NCBI RefSeq assembly: GCF_001194135.2
Contig: NC_069004.1
Coordinates: 14,783,423 to 14,847,422 of the forward strand
Reading direction: 5' to 3'
DNA length: 64,000 nt
Origin: Octopus bimaculoides
Taxonomy: Eukaryota
Shown here: positions 39,707 through 52,830 of the stretch, in pieces
Layout of the letters: every line of letters starts with the position of its first letter
How positions within the stretch are numbered: the first letter of the stretch is position 1
Position numbers and translations under genes: made by a program
Notes under the pieces: model-generated
Database searches by the model: none
Seen by the model: the letters and a program-made list of their open reading frames with translations, nothing else
What the model was told of the DNA's origin: nothing

Positions 39707-40065
39707 GGAATGGCTGTGTGGTAAGTAGCTTACTTATCTACCACATGGTTCTGGGCTCAGTCCCACAGCATGGCACCTTGGGCAATTCTACTATAGCCTT
39801 GAGCCGACCAAAGCCTTGTGAGTGAATTTTGTAGAGGGAAAGTGAAAGAAGCCTGTTGTATATATATATGTGTGTGTATGTTTTTGTCCTCACCATCATT
39901 GCTTGACAACCAATCTCAGTGTGTTTAGCGTAACTTAACAGTTTGGTAAAAGAGGCTGATAGAATAAGTGCTAGGCTTACAAAGAATAAGTCCTGGGGTC
40001 AATTTGTTCGACTAAATGCGGTGCTCCAGCATGGCTACAGTCAAGTGACTGAAACAAGTAAAAGA
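39707..40065 (+). mobile_element. SINE family A, full-length copy
   Basis: Same motifs as 2089-2498. Confidence 0.85.
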
Positions 40066-40164
40066 GCATATATGAATAGATTTGTTTGAATGCTTAGTAG
40101 GATCCGTTCTAGTAGTAGATAGATGTACTAAAAGTGTCGTTGCTAGAATAAGAACTGATAGGAG

Positions 40165-40992
40165 AAAATTCAGAGAATTATTACCTCAGTTGGTAATGAA
40201 AGGCCTCTCTCAGAGTGAAATGCAGATTGTATGATACTTGTGTACAAACTGCAATGGGCTGTGAATGCAGAGGATGTGTAAAAATTATAAAAGAAATGAA
40301 GCTAACATGTTCCACTGGATGTGTAAATGTCAGTGCATGTATAACAAAGTACAAATGTGTTGAGAGAAAAATTGGACATAAGAGGTGTCAGATATGGTAT
40401 GTAGGTGTGAAGTCTCTGATGGTATGGTCATGTGATGCAGATAAAGAAGTGCTATATAAAGCTGTATAAAGAAGTGTTGATTGCTAACCATGGATGGATC
40501 CTGTACAAGAGGGAGATGCAGGAAAATGCGAGATGCAGTAATGAAAATTGAACTCAAAACGTTGAACCTCATGGAGGAGATGACAAAGGACTGAAATGAA
40601 TGGGTATATGCTGTGCTTCAGAATACCCATCCATCTCAGCAAAAATAAGGTCTTGTCAAGCTTCCCCCCACAACTCATCTTCTAACACCCATCCCTTCTT
40701 CAATCTTCTGTGGTACTACACGCTCAGGTACTGTCAATGATATCATTTATCCCTCTACTCTTCACATTGTATCCCTAATGCTGTCCCTTATCACATCCTC
40801 CTCCTCCTCGACCCACTCCTATATCCTTTATTTTCCCTCCCCCAAACTGATATTCATTGCCACGCTATGGTGCCACGCTCTTTTCACTCTAGCACACTTA
40901 GCTACCTACCACTTTTTTTGTGTCACTATCCATTTCTGTCTTTCATATTCACCTTGTAACTTCACATCTCTGTTTGTCTGTCTGTCTCTCTG

Positions 40993-41040
<48 letters not shown>

Positions 41041-41609
41041 ATGACGGAGAAGTCATGTATTCACCTCTTCAGCAAGATGCTCATTCATGTCCTTCTCTCA
41101 TATGTTCACACCCCTCATTATTACACCCAGCTGGTCGAAGGGTCTTGTCTTGTCTTGTGACCTCACTAGTGTTGGTGCCACCAAAACAAAAGCACTCAGT
41201 ACACTCCCTAAAGTGGTTTCCATTCGGAGAAACATCCAGCTATAAAAGCCATGCCAAACCAGGTATAGGAGCTCAGTACATCTCTCCAGCTCAGTGGTAC
41301 TCAACCATTTTTTGCCTATGGACCACTCTGGTTCCTATTTTACATGGGTGGACACTCATAGCCAATCAGTGTTTAAAAAATCATATTATTATATTTTTTT
41401 AATTAAATATTATTAGGTGAGCTGTATGGTAAGAAGTTTGCTTCCCAACCACATGGTTCTGGTTTCAGTTCCACAGTGTGGCATCTTGGGCAACTATCTT
41501 CTACTACAGCCCCAGGCCATTCAAAACCTTGTGAATGGATTTAGTAGACAGAAACTGAAAGAAGCCCATCATATAATATATATATACATATTGATAGATA
41601 GATAGATAT

Positions 41610-41641
<32 letters not shown>

Positions 41642-42030
41642 TTGTGTCTGTGTTTGTCCCCCACCACCACTTAACAACCAGTATTGGTTTGTTTACATCC
41701 TCATAACTTAGCATTTCAGCAAAAGAGACTGATAGAAGTTCCAGGCTTTAAAAAAACTAGTACTGGGCTCAGTTCATTCAAATAAAAGTTCTTCAAGGTG
41801 GTGCCCCTTCAATGGCTGCAGTCTAATGACTGAAACAGTAAAATTGGAGGGGGAAAAAAAATAAAAAGATTTTAGAAACATAACCAGTTTTATTGCACAT
41901 AAATTTTAACAACAAAACTCATATATGGATCTCCAAGAGTCATACAGACCCTGGATGAGAACCACTGATCATGCTCATTAGTTCCAGGCTGGCCAACCCA
42001 TTCCAGCCTGGAAAAAAAGGATGTTAAATG
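40165..42030 (+). mobile_element. Long RTE-type LINE 3' relic (ORF end 40165-40650 plus about 1 kb 3'UTR), interrupted by a hAT MITE and a SINE
   Basis: FRELLPQLVMKGLSLRVKCRLYDTCVQTAM...LREKLDIRGVRY..WYGHVMQ..TRGRCRKM..VMKIELKTLNLMEEMTKD. Downstream UTR pieces match inverted copies at 51600-51780 and 61190-61330. Confidence 0.75.
41292..41967. mobile_element. hAT MITE interrupted by SINE family A
   Basis: TIR cagtggtactcaacc / ggatgagaaccactg; decayed TSD (ctccagct vs atcatgct, 5/8). The right end of the same family is at 29665-29735. Confidence 0.7.
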
Positions 42031-43194
42031 ATAATGGTGATATCTATGTGAGTGCAAAAGTACAGTGGCTGTATTGAGTACATAGAGTTAAATTTAGTAA
42101 CAATGGTGAACAACTGTTGAAAATCTAGTTGTTCTGTTGTTTATTATTAATATTATATATATATATATTCATTCATATGTATACATTTGCATGTAGAACT
42201 CTGCGTGTGAGCAAGTGTTTATTTCTTCTTTATTTTTTCATGTTTTTCGTTTCTCTATTCCCAAGCCATCAATTTCTTCCTAAATAATTGCTTCTAAAAA
42301 AAAAAAAAAGCACTATTGATTTTGATCTTAAATTCTTTGGTGGAATTTTGTCCGCAACAACTGTTTTCCTAAGAAATCATTTTTACTGTATGAAAAGAAA
42401 ATGGAAGCAACAACAACAATAATAATAATGATAATAATAATAATAATAATCATGATGATGATAATAAAGCAGCAAGCTGACAAAAATCGTTAGCATACCG
42501 AGCAAAATGCTTAGGGGCATTTCATCCGTCTTTATGTTCAGATTCCTCCTACTTTACCTTTCATCCTTCTNNNNNNNNNNNNNNNNNNNNNNNNNNNNNN
42601 NNNNNNNNNNNNNNNNNNNNNNNNNNNNNNNNNNNNNNNNNNNNNNNNNNNNNNNNNNNNNNNNNNNNNNNNNNNNNNNNNNNNNNNNNNNNNNNNNNNN
42701 NNNNNNNNNNNNNNNNNNNNNNNNNNNNNNNNNNNNNNNNNNNNNNNNNNNNNNNNNNNNGGGGGGGGGGTCGATAAAAAAGTACCATTTGAACACTGGT
42801 GTCAATGTAATCAACTAGCCCACCCCCTTAATCTTGCTAGCCATGTTCCAAAATTTGGACGTGACTGGCCCTCGTACCGGTGGCACGTAAAAGCACCCAC
42901 TACACTCTCGGAGTGGTTGGCATTAGGAAGGGCAACCAGCTGTAGAAACTCTGCCAAATCAGATTGGAGACTGGTGCAGCCTTCTGGTTCACCAGTCCTC
43001 AGTCAAATCGTCCAACCCATGCTAGCATGGAAAGCAGATGTTAAACGAAACAAACGAAATGAACGATTATTATTATTAAGGCGGTGAGCTGGCAGAATCA
43101 TTAGCACGCAGGGCGAAATGCTTACCGGTATTTCATCTGCCGCTATATTTTGAGTTCAAATTCCACCGGTGTCAATTAAATAAGTACCATAAGG

Positions 43195-43565
43195 ACTGAT
43201 TCTTGCTAATTCAGTTTATGTTCAATCTACAAAATCTGCTGAGTATCTAAGTAATGATTATGCCCAAGTATTTACAGCCTTCACTAGATTTGGGCCATTT
43301 AGCTGTTACTTCATTAGCTTCCTCACCTTTCTGATGTACTCCTTCTCAATTTTTGTTTTCATTTCTATAGTTAGTACTCTGTCAGATTCTAATACTCCTA
43401 GACTCTCCTTCGTTCAATGATTTTAATGTCTGACCATCTGGTAATTGGATGCCTTCACTGTTGAACACCTGTCCCTTTTCCATGACCAACACTGCACACT
43501 TATCTATGCCAACTTCCATGCCTATATCTTTGTTGAAGATACACACTTATCTATGCCAAATTTCA
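43195..43565 (-). mobile_element. R4/Dong-clade reverse-transcriptase fragment
   Basis: DIGMEVGIDKCAVLVMEKGQVFNSEGIQLPDGQTLKSLNEGES..GVLESD....MKTKIEKEYIRRVRKLMK*QLNGPNLVKAVNTWA*SLLRYSA; abuts an (ATT/AAT)n run. Confidence 0.85.
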
Positions 43566-43598
43566 CTATTATTATTATTATTATTATCAATAATGATG

Positions 43599-43640
<42 letters not shown>

Positions 43641-45072
43641 TTGTCAATAATAATAACAACAATAATTTCTTTATTGACTCACATGTACCTAAATATATAA
43701 TGCAAAATATATCACTTAATAAGGATTATATATATATTTATATATAGTGAAGGAACAAAATAAGTAGCACTCAACACATTTAGTTATAGCTATAAGTATT
43801 TTTTCGAATACTGTAATAATTCCTGCTGATCTAATGCTTTGATAATAATAAAGATGATGATGAAGATGAGGATGGTGATGATTTCAAGTTTTGGCAGAAG
43901 GCCAGCATTTTCAGGGATTGGGGTGAATCGATTACATTGACCCTGATGTTCAACTGGTACTTATTTTATTGAGCCCCAAAAGGGATGAAAGGCAAAGTCA
44001 ACCTCAGAAGAATTTGAACTCAGAACGTAAGGACGAAATGCCTTGAAGCACTTTGTTTGGCATACTAACAGTTCTGCCAGCTCACCACCTTAGGAATAAT
44101 AATAATAATAATTATAATCCTTTCTACTATAGGCACAAGGCCTGAAATTTGTGGGAGGGGAATAGTCAATTACGTCAACCCTAGTACTTGACTGGTACTT
44201 ATTTCATTGACCCTGAAAGGATGAAGGCTAAAGTTAACCTCAACTGCTTTTGGATTCATAATGTAAAGAGCCAGGAAAATGGCACAAAGCATTTTGTCTG
44301 ATGCAGTAATGATTCTGCCTGCTCACTGCCTTGATAATAACAATAATGGTAACAGAAAACAAAGCAAATAATTACAAACAACACAACAAAATCTAAAAAT
44401 GTATAATAAAAAAAAATAGGAAGAGAAGTAGAAAAAAATGTTTAAAATTTTTTTTAAATTATTGATGATAATATAATATCTAGCAAACATAAAAATTTTG
44501 TATTTGATGTATTGGTATAGGGAGAGAGGTGCTTTGAAAAAAGACATTTTGTATTTTTTTCAACTATAGATATAGTAAATAGCGAAATTACAAACTGTTA
44601 GATAATAAGTAATTGTTACTGATAGATGTTTATAATTGAAGTACAAGCTATGTATTAAAATTCAACATTTAATTATATCAAATTAGAAAACTAAATAAAC
44701 CTTGTAGAAATTAAATTTACAAATCAAAAATCAAAACAACAGTTAAAAAAAAAAAATAGAAAATACATTATACTTGAAGAAATAGTTTAAAAAAAAACAA
44801 GGATGATTGGTTTTTAAGAGTAAAATACTAGATTTTTACAGAAAATGGGTTGATGAATATATCACAGCAATGACTAATCTGATTTTAGTGTGTGAGTAGA
44901 TTAACACAACCACTTTGTCTTTGCACAAATGTGAGGTGTTTTTTCAGTGTGGTTAGGGCAAAATTTGATGGTTTGCATAAAAGGAAAAGGAAGCACATTA
45001 TCCCATCCTAAAATGGAAGTATTTTGAAAGATCAAAAAAATATCAACTAGATTATGACTGAGAGATAATACT

Positions 45073-45490
45073 TTACTCAAAGTAACTACTGTCAATTTCC
45101 ATCATGACCTCAAGATGACTCTGGAACCTGGTGCATGCATTCCTCACTGTGTCCTTGAGAAGATCTATAAATACCTCCTTGACTTTGGCCACCAGCTTGG
45201 CCTTGGTTTAGCAGTTGGTCTCTTTCTCAACTACACCCCTCACAGTAATCCATAGGATTACAAACGAGAGAATCAGGAAGCGAAATACTGGGGATGGTGA
45301 AGTCATAGAAATTCTCCAGCAACCACAACTGACTCTTTCTGGGGGCACGATAAGGAGCTGAATCCTGCTGCCATGCGTATGGCCTTCTAGCAGCAACCCT
45401 CTTCAACCAGGATTTGACTAAAGTCTCCAGCAGCTTCACATAACTGTTTGAATTGAGCCTAAGGCCCAGTTCAAAGATGCAGGGATGAAC
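45073..45490 (-). pseudogene. Tc1/mariner superfamily (maT/DD37D-like) transposase C-terminal relic
   Basis: LRLNSNSYVKLLETLVKSWLKRVAARRPYAWQQDSAP...WLLENFYDF...CNPMDY..GVVEKETN...DTVRNACTRFQSHLEVMMEIDSSYFE*. A 55-bp homologous piece lies at 9005-9062. Confidence 0.8.
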
Positions 45491-46328
45491 TCTGGCATGC
45501 AGACACAGTGAGAACAGCTGCTGTGTCCCTTCCTGCTGGCCATGGCTTCATAGTCTCTGTTGCAGCTGTCTATGTCGCATCATACAGCCTTTCCGGTCTT
45601 CTCAGAGTATTGAGCAGCAGTCATGATATCAGTTCTTAAATTCTATAGGGCTCAGTACACTGATAAGACAGCCTTGAATATATAAATAACCATTACATTT
45701 GACAGAGTAATGTGAATGCAAAAGGGTTAAACCTGGTGCAGACCCACACATTTTGCTATGTGAATAAGTTATGTACCTAATGAAACTTCAGTCACTGTCA
45801 ATAAAATTATTACAGATATTAGATACACTTGTAGTTAATCTTTTAATCAGTTAGTATTTGTAGTTTTTATGCCTATAAAAACATTCACTTTCAATTGTGA
45901 GTGCGTGTTAACTAGGTGAAAGCATAATTAAAAGACTGATTCTGGATAAATATACATTGAGAAAGAAATAATAATAGTTGATGACTAATATCATTTTTCA
46001 TTTATCTGACAAGTACAGAAGACAACTTCAGACCTGTTTCTGCTTGACTGAGCATCATCAGCAAAAATTTAACCTCACCATAACTTGCTGAAGTAGTCAC
46101 AAACGAATATCTCTTAAGTAATCATACAGAAGTCAGAAATATGTGTCTGTTAGTGTAGAAAGAGAGAATTGTTCTGAAATTGAATAAATAATTCTGAGAT
46201 ACCATTCACTTTGGAAAATAATTGTTAAATCTGTCTGTCTGTCTATTTGTCTATCTCTATGACTGCCTGTAATCTGTCTCCTTCTCTCTGTCTCTCTCTC
46301 TGTCTCTCTCTCTCTCTCTGTCTGTCTC

Positions 46329-46359
<31 letters not shown>

Positions 46360-46755
46360 GTAACACTCTATTTGTCAATAGATTTATCTATCCATCTGTC
46401 CCCCNNNNNNNNNNNNNNNNNNNNNNNNNNNNNNNNNNNNNNNNNNNNNNNNNNNNNNNNNNNNNNNNNNNNNNNNNNNNNNNNNNNNNNNNNNNNNNNN
46501 NNNNNNNNNNNNNNNNNNNNNNNNNNNNNNNNNNNNNNNNNNNNNNNNNTGTCTGTCTCTGTCTGTCTGTCTGTCTCTGTCTGTCTGTCTGTCTCTCTCT
46601 GTCTGTCTGTCTCTCCCTCTCTCTCTGTCTGTCTGTCTCTGTCTGTCTGTCTGTCTCTGTCTGTCTGTCTGTCTGTCTCTGTCTGTCTGTCTGTCTCTGT
46701 CTGTCTCTCTCTGTCTGTCTGTCTGTCTGTCTCTCTCTGTCTGTCTGTCTGTCTC

Positions 46756-46786
<31 letters not shown>

Positions 46787-47069
46787 GTAACACTCTATTT
46801 GTCAATAGATTTATCTATCCATCTGTCCCCCATCTATCTATCCATCCATTCCACCATCTATCCCTCCAGCCATTTATCTCTTTGTATATCTGTCTATACA
46901 GACATATATATATATATTCATTTATGTATGTGTAAAGTATACATCAGTATTTTAGTTGTTGTTTAGCTCCTGGTTAGTTCTGACTGTATTGACCTACCAT
47001 CAAAGATGTTCCAAGTATGACTATAAATGGTTATTTTCAACCATTGTGTATCAAGAACTAAATTATCTA

Positions 47070-48260
47070 TCTAGAATATACTTATGTATGTCATTCGTTC
47101 TTACATTTGTTTTAACATTTTTGCAACTTTATTTCTGTTGAAATACTCTGATTTTGTCTGACTTAACTTTTAAAATAGTGAAAAATTTAGTAAAATAACT
47201 TTGACATTATTTTACTGGTGCTTGGAACAAATTGACGTAAAATTTTGGGAGAAGATTTTAATTTAGATCATTTTAATGTAGGAAGTTTAACCCTTTTGTT
47301 ACCGTATTTCTGTTGAAATACTCTGTGTTTCTTTCAATTTATTTTAAATGTAACAAAGAATTTAGTAAAATAACTTAGTTCTCATTAAGCTAGTGTTAGG
47401 AACATAAATTGTGACTAAGGTTTGGTGGAAGATTTTAATTCAGCACTTTTGAAAACAAGACATTTGTACTACAGAGCCAGAGGTGGTTTCAGGTGGGTTG
47501 GTATCAAAATGGTTAAGACGGGAAGAACTAGCAGTGGCTAAGGTGTCTTGATATTTATGTATCATTCATTTTTACATCTGTTTTAACACTTTTGTTACCA
47601 TATTTCTGCTGAAATGTACTGCCTTTGTTTCATTTAGCTTTCAAAATAATGAAAAATTTAGTAAAATAATTTTGACAATATTTTGCTGATATTTGGAACA
47701 AATTAACATAAAATTTTGATGGAAGATTTTAATTTAGATTACTTCAAGATAGGAAGAATTACTGGTGGTCTGCAGTGTCTTGGAGCTTATATATCACACA
47801 TTCTTACTTTTGTTCTAACATTTTTGTTACTATATTTCTATTGAAAGACACTGCCTTTGTATCACTTAACTTTTAAAATAAAGAAAAATCTATCAAATTA
47901 GCTTTGTCATTATTTTTCTGGTATTTGAAACAAATTAATATGAAATTTTGATGGAAGATTTTAATTTAGATCACTTTAAGATAGAAAGTTTAAGACAAGA
48001 ACTACCGTTTGTCTAAGGTATCAGTACTTATATATCATTCATTCTTACATCTATTTCAACACTTTTGTTATCATATATCTGTTGAAATACATTGATTTTG
48101 TTCCACTTAACTTTTAAAATAACGAAAAATTTAGTAAAATAGCTGTTATTTAGCTGGTACATGGAGCAAATTAACATAAAATTTTGATAGAATTTAATTC
48201 AAATCATTTTAAAATAGGAAGTTTGTATTGCAGACCTTTTGATGGTCTAAGATGGCTTGA
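47070..48260. repeat. Diverged tandem array, four units of about 235-245 bp, related to the 47291 MITE
   Basis: The atttctgttgaaa anchor recurs at about 47131, 47602, 47834, 48076 (and 47306 in the MITE). Confidence 0.85.
47291..47512. mobile_element. TTAA-flanked (piggyBac-like) MITE, 222 bp
   Basis: TTAA at 47287-47290 and 47513-47516; TIR cccttttgttacc / ggtatcaaaatgg (11/13). Confidence 0.8.
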
Positions 48261-48471
48261 TATCAAAAGTGTTTAGTTGCATGCACAATCTGGATCCTTT
48301 ACCTGAGTCTCAAATCAAGGATCACTTATTGTGCACTTATTTTAAATATGGAGTAGTAGTGGTATGGGGTCATGCACTGTAACAGCAAATTGCTGCTTCA
48401 GTTTGTTAGGGATTTCCTCCTACTTCCAGCTGATGATGCCTTTGCATCACTCAGGCAACAACCCTCTAACC

Positions 48472-48735
48472 CAGGGGTTTTCAAACTTTTTGACTTGCGG
48501 ACCCCTTTATATTTCACGCTTTACCCTTATAAATGCATATGAAATTTATACATAAATATTTGTTTAAAATAACATATATTTTTACATTTATTTATTTAAC
48601 AGTATTTAACAAATAGGTTTATTGTCAATTAAAAGATTTCGATTAAAAAACATATATAAAATCAAATTGCCCATAAAAAGTATTTGCTGTCCACGGACCC
48701 CCTGTGGTCCGGGGACCACAGTTTGAAAACCCCTG
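48472..48735. mobile_element. hAT MITE, 264 bp
   Basis: Perfect 16-bp TIR caggggttttcaaact / agtttgaaaacccctg; perfect 8-bp TSD ctctaacc (48464-48471, 48736-48743). Confidence 0.95.
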
Positions 48736-49258
48736 CTCTAACCCATGGGTCTGTTTGGGTAATTATTGCTGGTGAGGGTTTTACAAGATCAGAGCACAAA
48801 TCCTCCTCAACCTTTTCTTAATCACCTTTTATGACATGCAGAGGAAATGTTGGCTCTGTTCTTTGACATAGCGTTTCCCACACAGCACCAGAGCAATGTG
48901 AAATGAAGTGTTTTGCTCAAGAACACAACACACCACCCAGGCTGGGAATTGAAACCACAATCTATCGATCATGTGTGCAACACCCTAACCACCAGACCTC
49001 ATGTGATGGCTCACGGCCTAGTGGCTAGGGTAATCTGAAGTAAATTTGACTGTTATATCTATAGCATGATAAGTGACTATTTGGGTTTTTACCCTTGATG
49101 GTTTGAGGCCCTGGTGTTTTTTCATAAACAACCTAACTGGTTCATGAATTTATATACTTTTCATGCATGTGTGTGTGTGTGTGATTCCTAATTATGTTCT
49201 GTTGAAATACTTTAACTCTTTAGCATTTAAACAGACCATGTCTGGCCCAAATATTCTA

Positions 49259-49470
49259 CAGGGTGTCCACAAAGTCTGGGTACCTGGGGATTAACACATA
49301 CTTTAAGAAATTATTATTTCTTATATTTTATTGTTTATGTTATGATTTTATTTACTCCATGTACCTACATGGGAATTAACACATACTTTATGAAATTATT
49401 ATTTCTTATATTTTATTGTTTATGTTATGATTTTATTTACTCCATGTACCCAGACTTTGTGGACACCCTG
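49259..49470. mobile_element. Tc1/mariner MITE, 212 bp, TA TSD, internal 85-bp duplication
   Basis: Perfect 25-bp TIR cagggtgtccacaaagtctgggtac; TA at 49257-49258 and 49471-49472; nested in a TTAA MITE at 49212-49645. Confidence 0.95.
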
Positions 49471-50125
49471 TATTTGCTTCATATTAGAAACCAGCCTGAA
49501 TCCAACTTCTCATACTTAACCTAAAAAATAAACAATCACATCATTGAAATCTCAAAGCCACAACATAATGCATGGTTAATTCAAAACAGTCTGAATGAAT
49601 AAGCTTTATATTTGAGAGAGAAATCTGGATGATAAAGAGTTAAACTCCTAGCCTTAAAAATCCAGTGCAGAAGGCAAACAAAATGCTTGTTAATTACATA
49701 ATGCTCCCACTTCTTCAGTGTTTAGCTACTCTTGTCTGTGTTATCTATTCACAGCTACGTTCAATAAGGGCTTACCCAAGCCTAGTGAGTAGATTTGATA
49801 GGCAAAAACTGAAAGAAACCCATTGTATATATATGCATTTAAATTTATTCTTATGTATGCATCGTCTGGTCATACCAGCTCATAGCTTTCAAACGTATTA
49901 TAAGTCATGGACTGGTAGTCTACTCCAATTCGGTTTGGGTACATGATGTTCATAAGCCACAAAAATGGTGAAACATCAATGTTCGTCACTCCTGGATGGG
50001 ATTAGAGGTGAGTTATCTCACTTGTTCATGACTTTCAGGTGTTTTAACACCTGGTGCTTTAAAAAGCAATCACGATCTACAGGCAAATACACAAAGGATA
50101 TGCATTAAGTATGTATGATCGATAA

Positions 50126-50164
<39 letters not shown>

Positions 50165-50484
50165 AAACATGGACATCAAAACAATAGTGATGGTCTTTGT
50201 TTGACCAGATTATGACTTTTATGGTTTTGCCACATGTTATCCCAGTTTTAGAATAAGTGCACTGCATCGCTGCATGTTGTATGAGGTGGCTAAAAGGATT
50301 TGTGACAGGAAAAGCATTGAGTCGTAAAACACTGCCTCAGAAAAACCATCCAACCCATGACAGCATAGAGAAGTGGACAAAAAAAATTGTTGCTGATGAT
50401 AGTAATGTTGAAGAGTGATTCCTTTGGTTGTTGTTGTTATCTAACCTAAGAGGGATATTTAACTTAACAGCCTGACCATCTCAT

Positions 50485-50838
50485 CGCTTTTTTAAGGCAC
50501 ATGGCTTAGTGGTTAGAGTGTTGGGCTTATGATCAAGAGATAGTAAGTTTGATTCCTGGACTGGGCTGTGTGTTGTGTTCTTGAGCAAGACACTTTATTT
50601 CACATTGCTCTAGTTCTCTCAGCTGTAGAAATGAGTTGTGACATCACTGGTGCCAAGCTGTATCAGCCTTTGCCTTTCCCTTGGATAACATCAGTGGTGT
50701 GGAGAGGGGAAGCTGGTATGCATGGGAAACTACTGGCCTTTCATAAACAACCTTGTCTAGATGTGTGCCTTGCATGGGAACTTTCTCGGTGCAATTCCAT
50801 GGTTGTTCTTGACTGAAGGCCTTTACTCTTTACTCTTT
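50485..50838 (+). mobile_element. tRNA-derived SINE family C with CORE-like segment
   Basis: Head tggcttagtggttagagtg with B-box-like gtttgattcc, then gtgttcttgagcaagacactttatttcacattgctc, tail tttactctttactc. Second long copy at 56568-56895; partial copies at 10125-10225(-), 21250-21360(-), 48895-48995(-), 54330-54450. Confidence 0.8.
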
Positions 50839-51387
50839 ATGGTGCATCCAGGACCACATTATCTAACATCTTTATTTTTAAGATTTTAGAGATAGTGTGT
50901 AATTTGAGAAAAATTTGGCTGCTATTTCTGACAATTTGCTCTACCATATCAAATGCTCCCTCTTCGATGAAATAATTCATTTCTATAAATGATAAATGAA
51001 CCAACAAAGCAAGTACTAGAGAAATAAATATTTCTTGGTAGAAGATGAGAGCGAAAAACCAAAGAGAAAGTAACGAAAAGACACAATAAATTGATAAATT
51101 TCTAACAAATTTTAACTGGAGTCTATTTTTGAAGGTTTATTTATATGGAAACTTTAAGTAACTTTAGTAAAATGAAGCCAAGCCTCTTCCCCACTGCCGT
51201 TGCTGTCAATAGTGAAGGAAATGTAGATAAAATGAAGTAGTCATCATAATGTATGACACCAGTCTGTAAAATTGATGTATTTGGTTAGAAGAAGGTTTGA
51301 CTTTTTCTAAACATAGAGCCATTATGTAAGTTAATATAAATAACTGATTGATAAATTATATTGACTGTAGTGTTTGGAATCTTAGTG

Positions 51388-51466
<79 letters not shown>

Positions 51467-51781
51467 CTGTATGTGCTCAGCTGTATGAGTGCGTTTTTTT
51501 TATCAAATGCAAGTATGTGTTCAAGTGGTTAAAAAGTTTCACTTCATCATAATGTTCCTGTTTCAATCCCATATTAAGGCATCATGGGTGAGTATCTTTT
51601 TCCAAAAGGTATAGGATTGAGGATTGAGTAACACGAGATAAAGAGTGTGGGATAGCAATGAAGATTAGTAATAACAAGTGAAAGTGAGAGAGAGAATGAT
51701 GGATGTTAATATTGAGTGATAAGGGTGTGATAAAGGGACAGGGAGAGAGAGAGAGAGCACTAGATAAAGGAGGGAGAAGGT

Positions 51782-52075
51782 AATCATCATCATCATCATC
51801 ATCGTTTAACGTCCGCTTTCCATGCTAGCATGGGTTGGACGATTTGACTGAGGCCTGGTGAAACCGGATGGCAACACCAGGCTCCAGTCTGATTTGGCAG
51901 AGTTTCTACAGCTGGATGCCCTTCCTAACGCCAACCACTCAGAGAGTGTAGTGGGTGCTTTTACGTGTCACCCGCACGAAAACGGCCACGCTCGAAATGG
52001 TGTCTTTTATGTGCCACCCGCACAAGCCAGTCCAGGGGCACTGGCAACGATCTCGCTCAGATTTTATGCTAGCCT
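51782..52075 (-). mobile_element. Young 3' tail element of an RTE-type LINE (SINE-like), (GAT)n tail
   Basis: Motif gtggttggcgttaggaagggcatccagctgtagaaac...acccatgctagcatggaaagcggacgttaaacgatgatg. Near-identical pieces at 13113-13232, 23050-23200, 42850-43050; older copies at 18280-18475, 19586-19790(-), 23575-23830, 57040-57350, 60600-60985. Confidence 0.85.
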
Positions 52076-52699
52076 TCATTGTACAGGCAACATGGTGGAA
52101 CAGAGGTAGATTAATAAAAGGTGATGGTGTGGTGAAATAATATAATAAAATAAAATTATTGTATACAGTGCTCGGGGGCACTACAACTTATCAGGAAAAG
52201 TAACCAAAACTGTATGAACAGGAAGTGCATAATAAATAGATCTTTAAAGAAAAACATGGGTGAGATGCATGAGATGTATGGTTTGCAAGTTTCAGGAAGT
52301 TTTGAAGAATGTAGTGTCCCAACAGCTAACAACTATGCGAGTAGTTTATTTCATGCTTAAGCAATTTTGGGCCTCCAAAAGTCATGGGTTCTGCGTTGTT
52401 TTTGATTTTGTAAGCATGTCCACAATTGTTAGAGATGAATATGGAGTGACTTAATGCCATCTCTCATTACAAAGTTGGTGTGATAGTGTGGTAGGCGAGA
52501 GAGGGGGAGTAATAGATGATAAGCAATCCTTTCTACTGGAGGCACAAGGCTTCAATAGATGATAAATAAGAGAGGTTAACTGTTGCAGGTAGAGACTTAA
52601 CAAGCAAGGATAATGGATGAGAGACCTCCAAATGTTGATATAATGTCCTGACCTTCCCTACCCCCATCATTTAATCTCGATTTTGTTTTTGCTATACTT

Positions 52700-52830
52700 A
52701 CCTGGATGAGCAGATCTCTGTCATTATTTGTTGTGGTTCTTTTGTCATCCATTTCATGAGATTTATCATCTTGAGGTCAGTCTTCACCACTTTGGCCTTT
52801 GTCTTCCACTTGTTTTATCTGTTTTGGTAT
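52700..52830 (-). mobile_element. RTE ORF-end fragment
   Basis: Minus translation WKTKAKVVKTDLKMINLMKWMTKE resembles the KTWDEVLKANLKTLNL.EMTED end seen at 18130-18190. Confidence 0.55.

Noticed and set aside
48430-48750. Third hammerhead-like motif split by the hAT MITE (CTGATGA, tgcct/aggca, accc/gggt, GTC)
   Set aside because: GAAA core is replaced by AACA and stem I is out of register; too degenerate to support.
52695-52715. U1 snRNA-like atacttacctgg (also 34829)
   Set aside because: Only 11-12 nt match, with no U1 body; the 52.7 kb case borders an RTE fragment.
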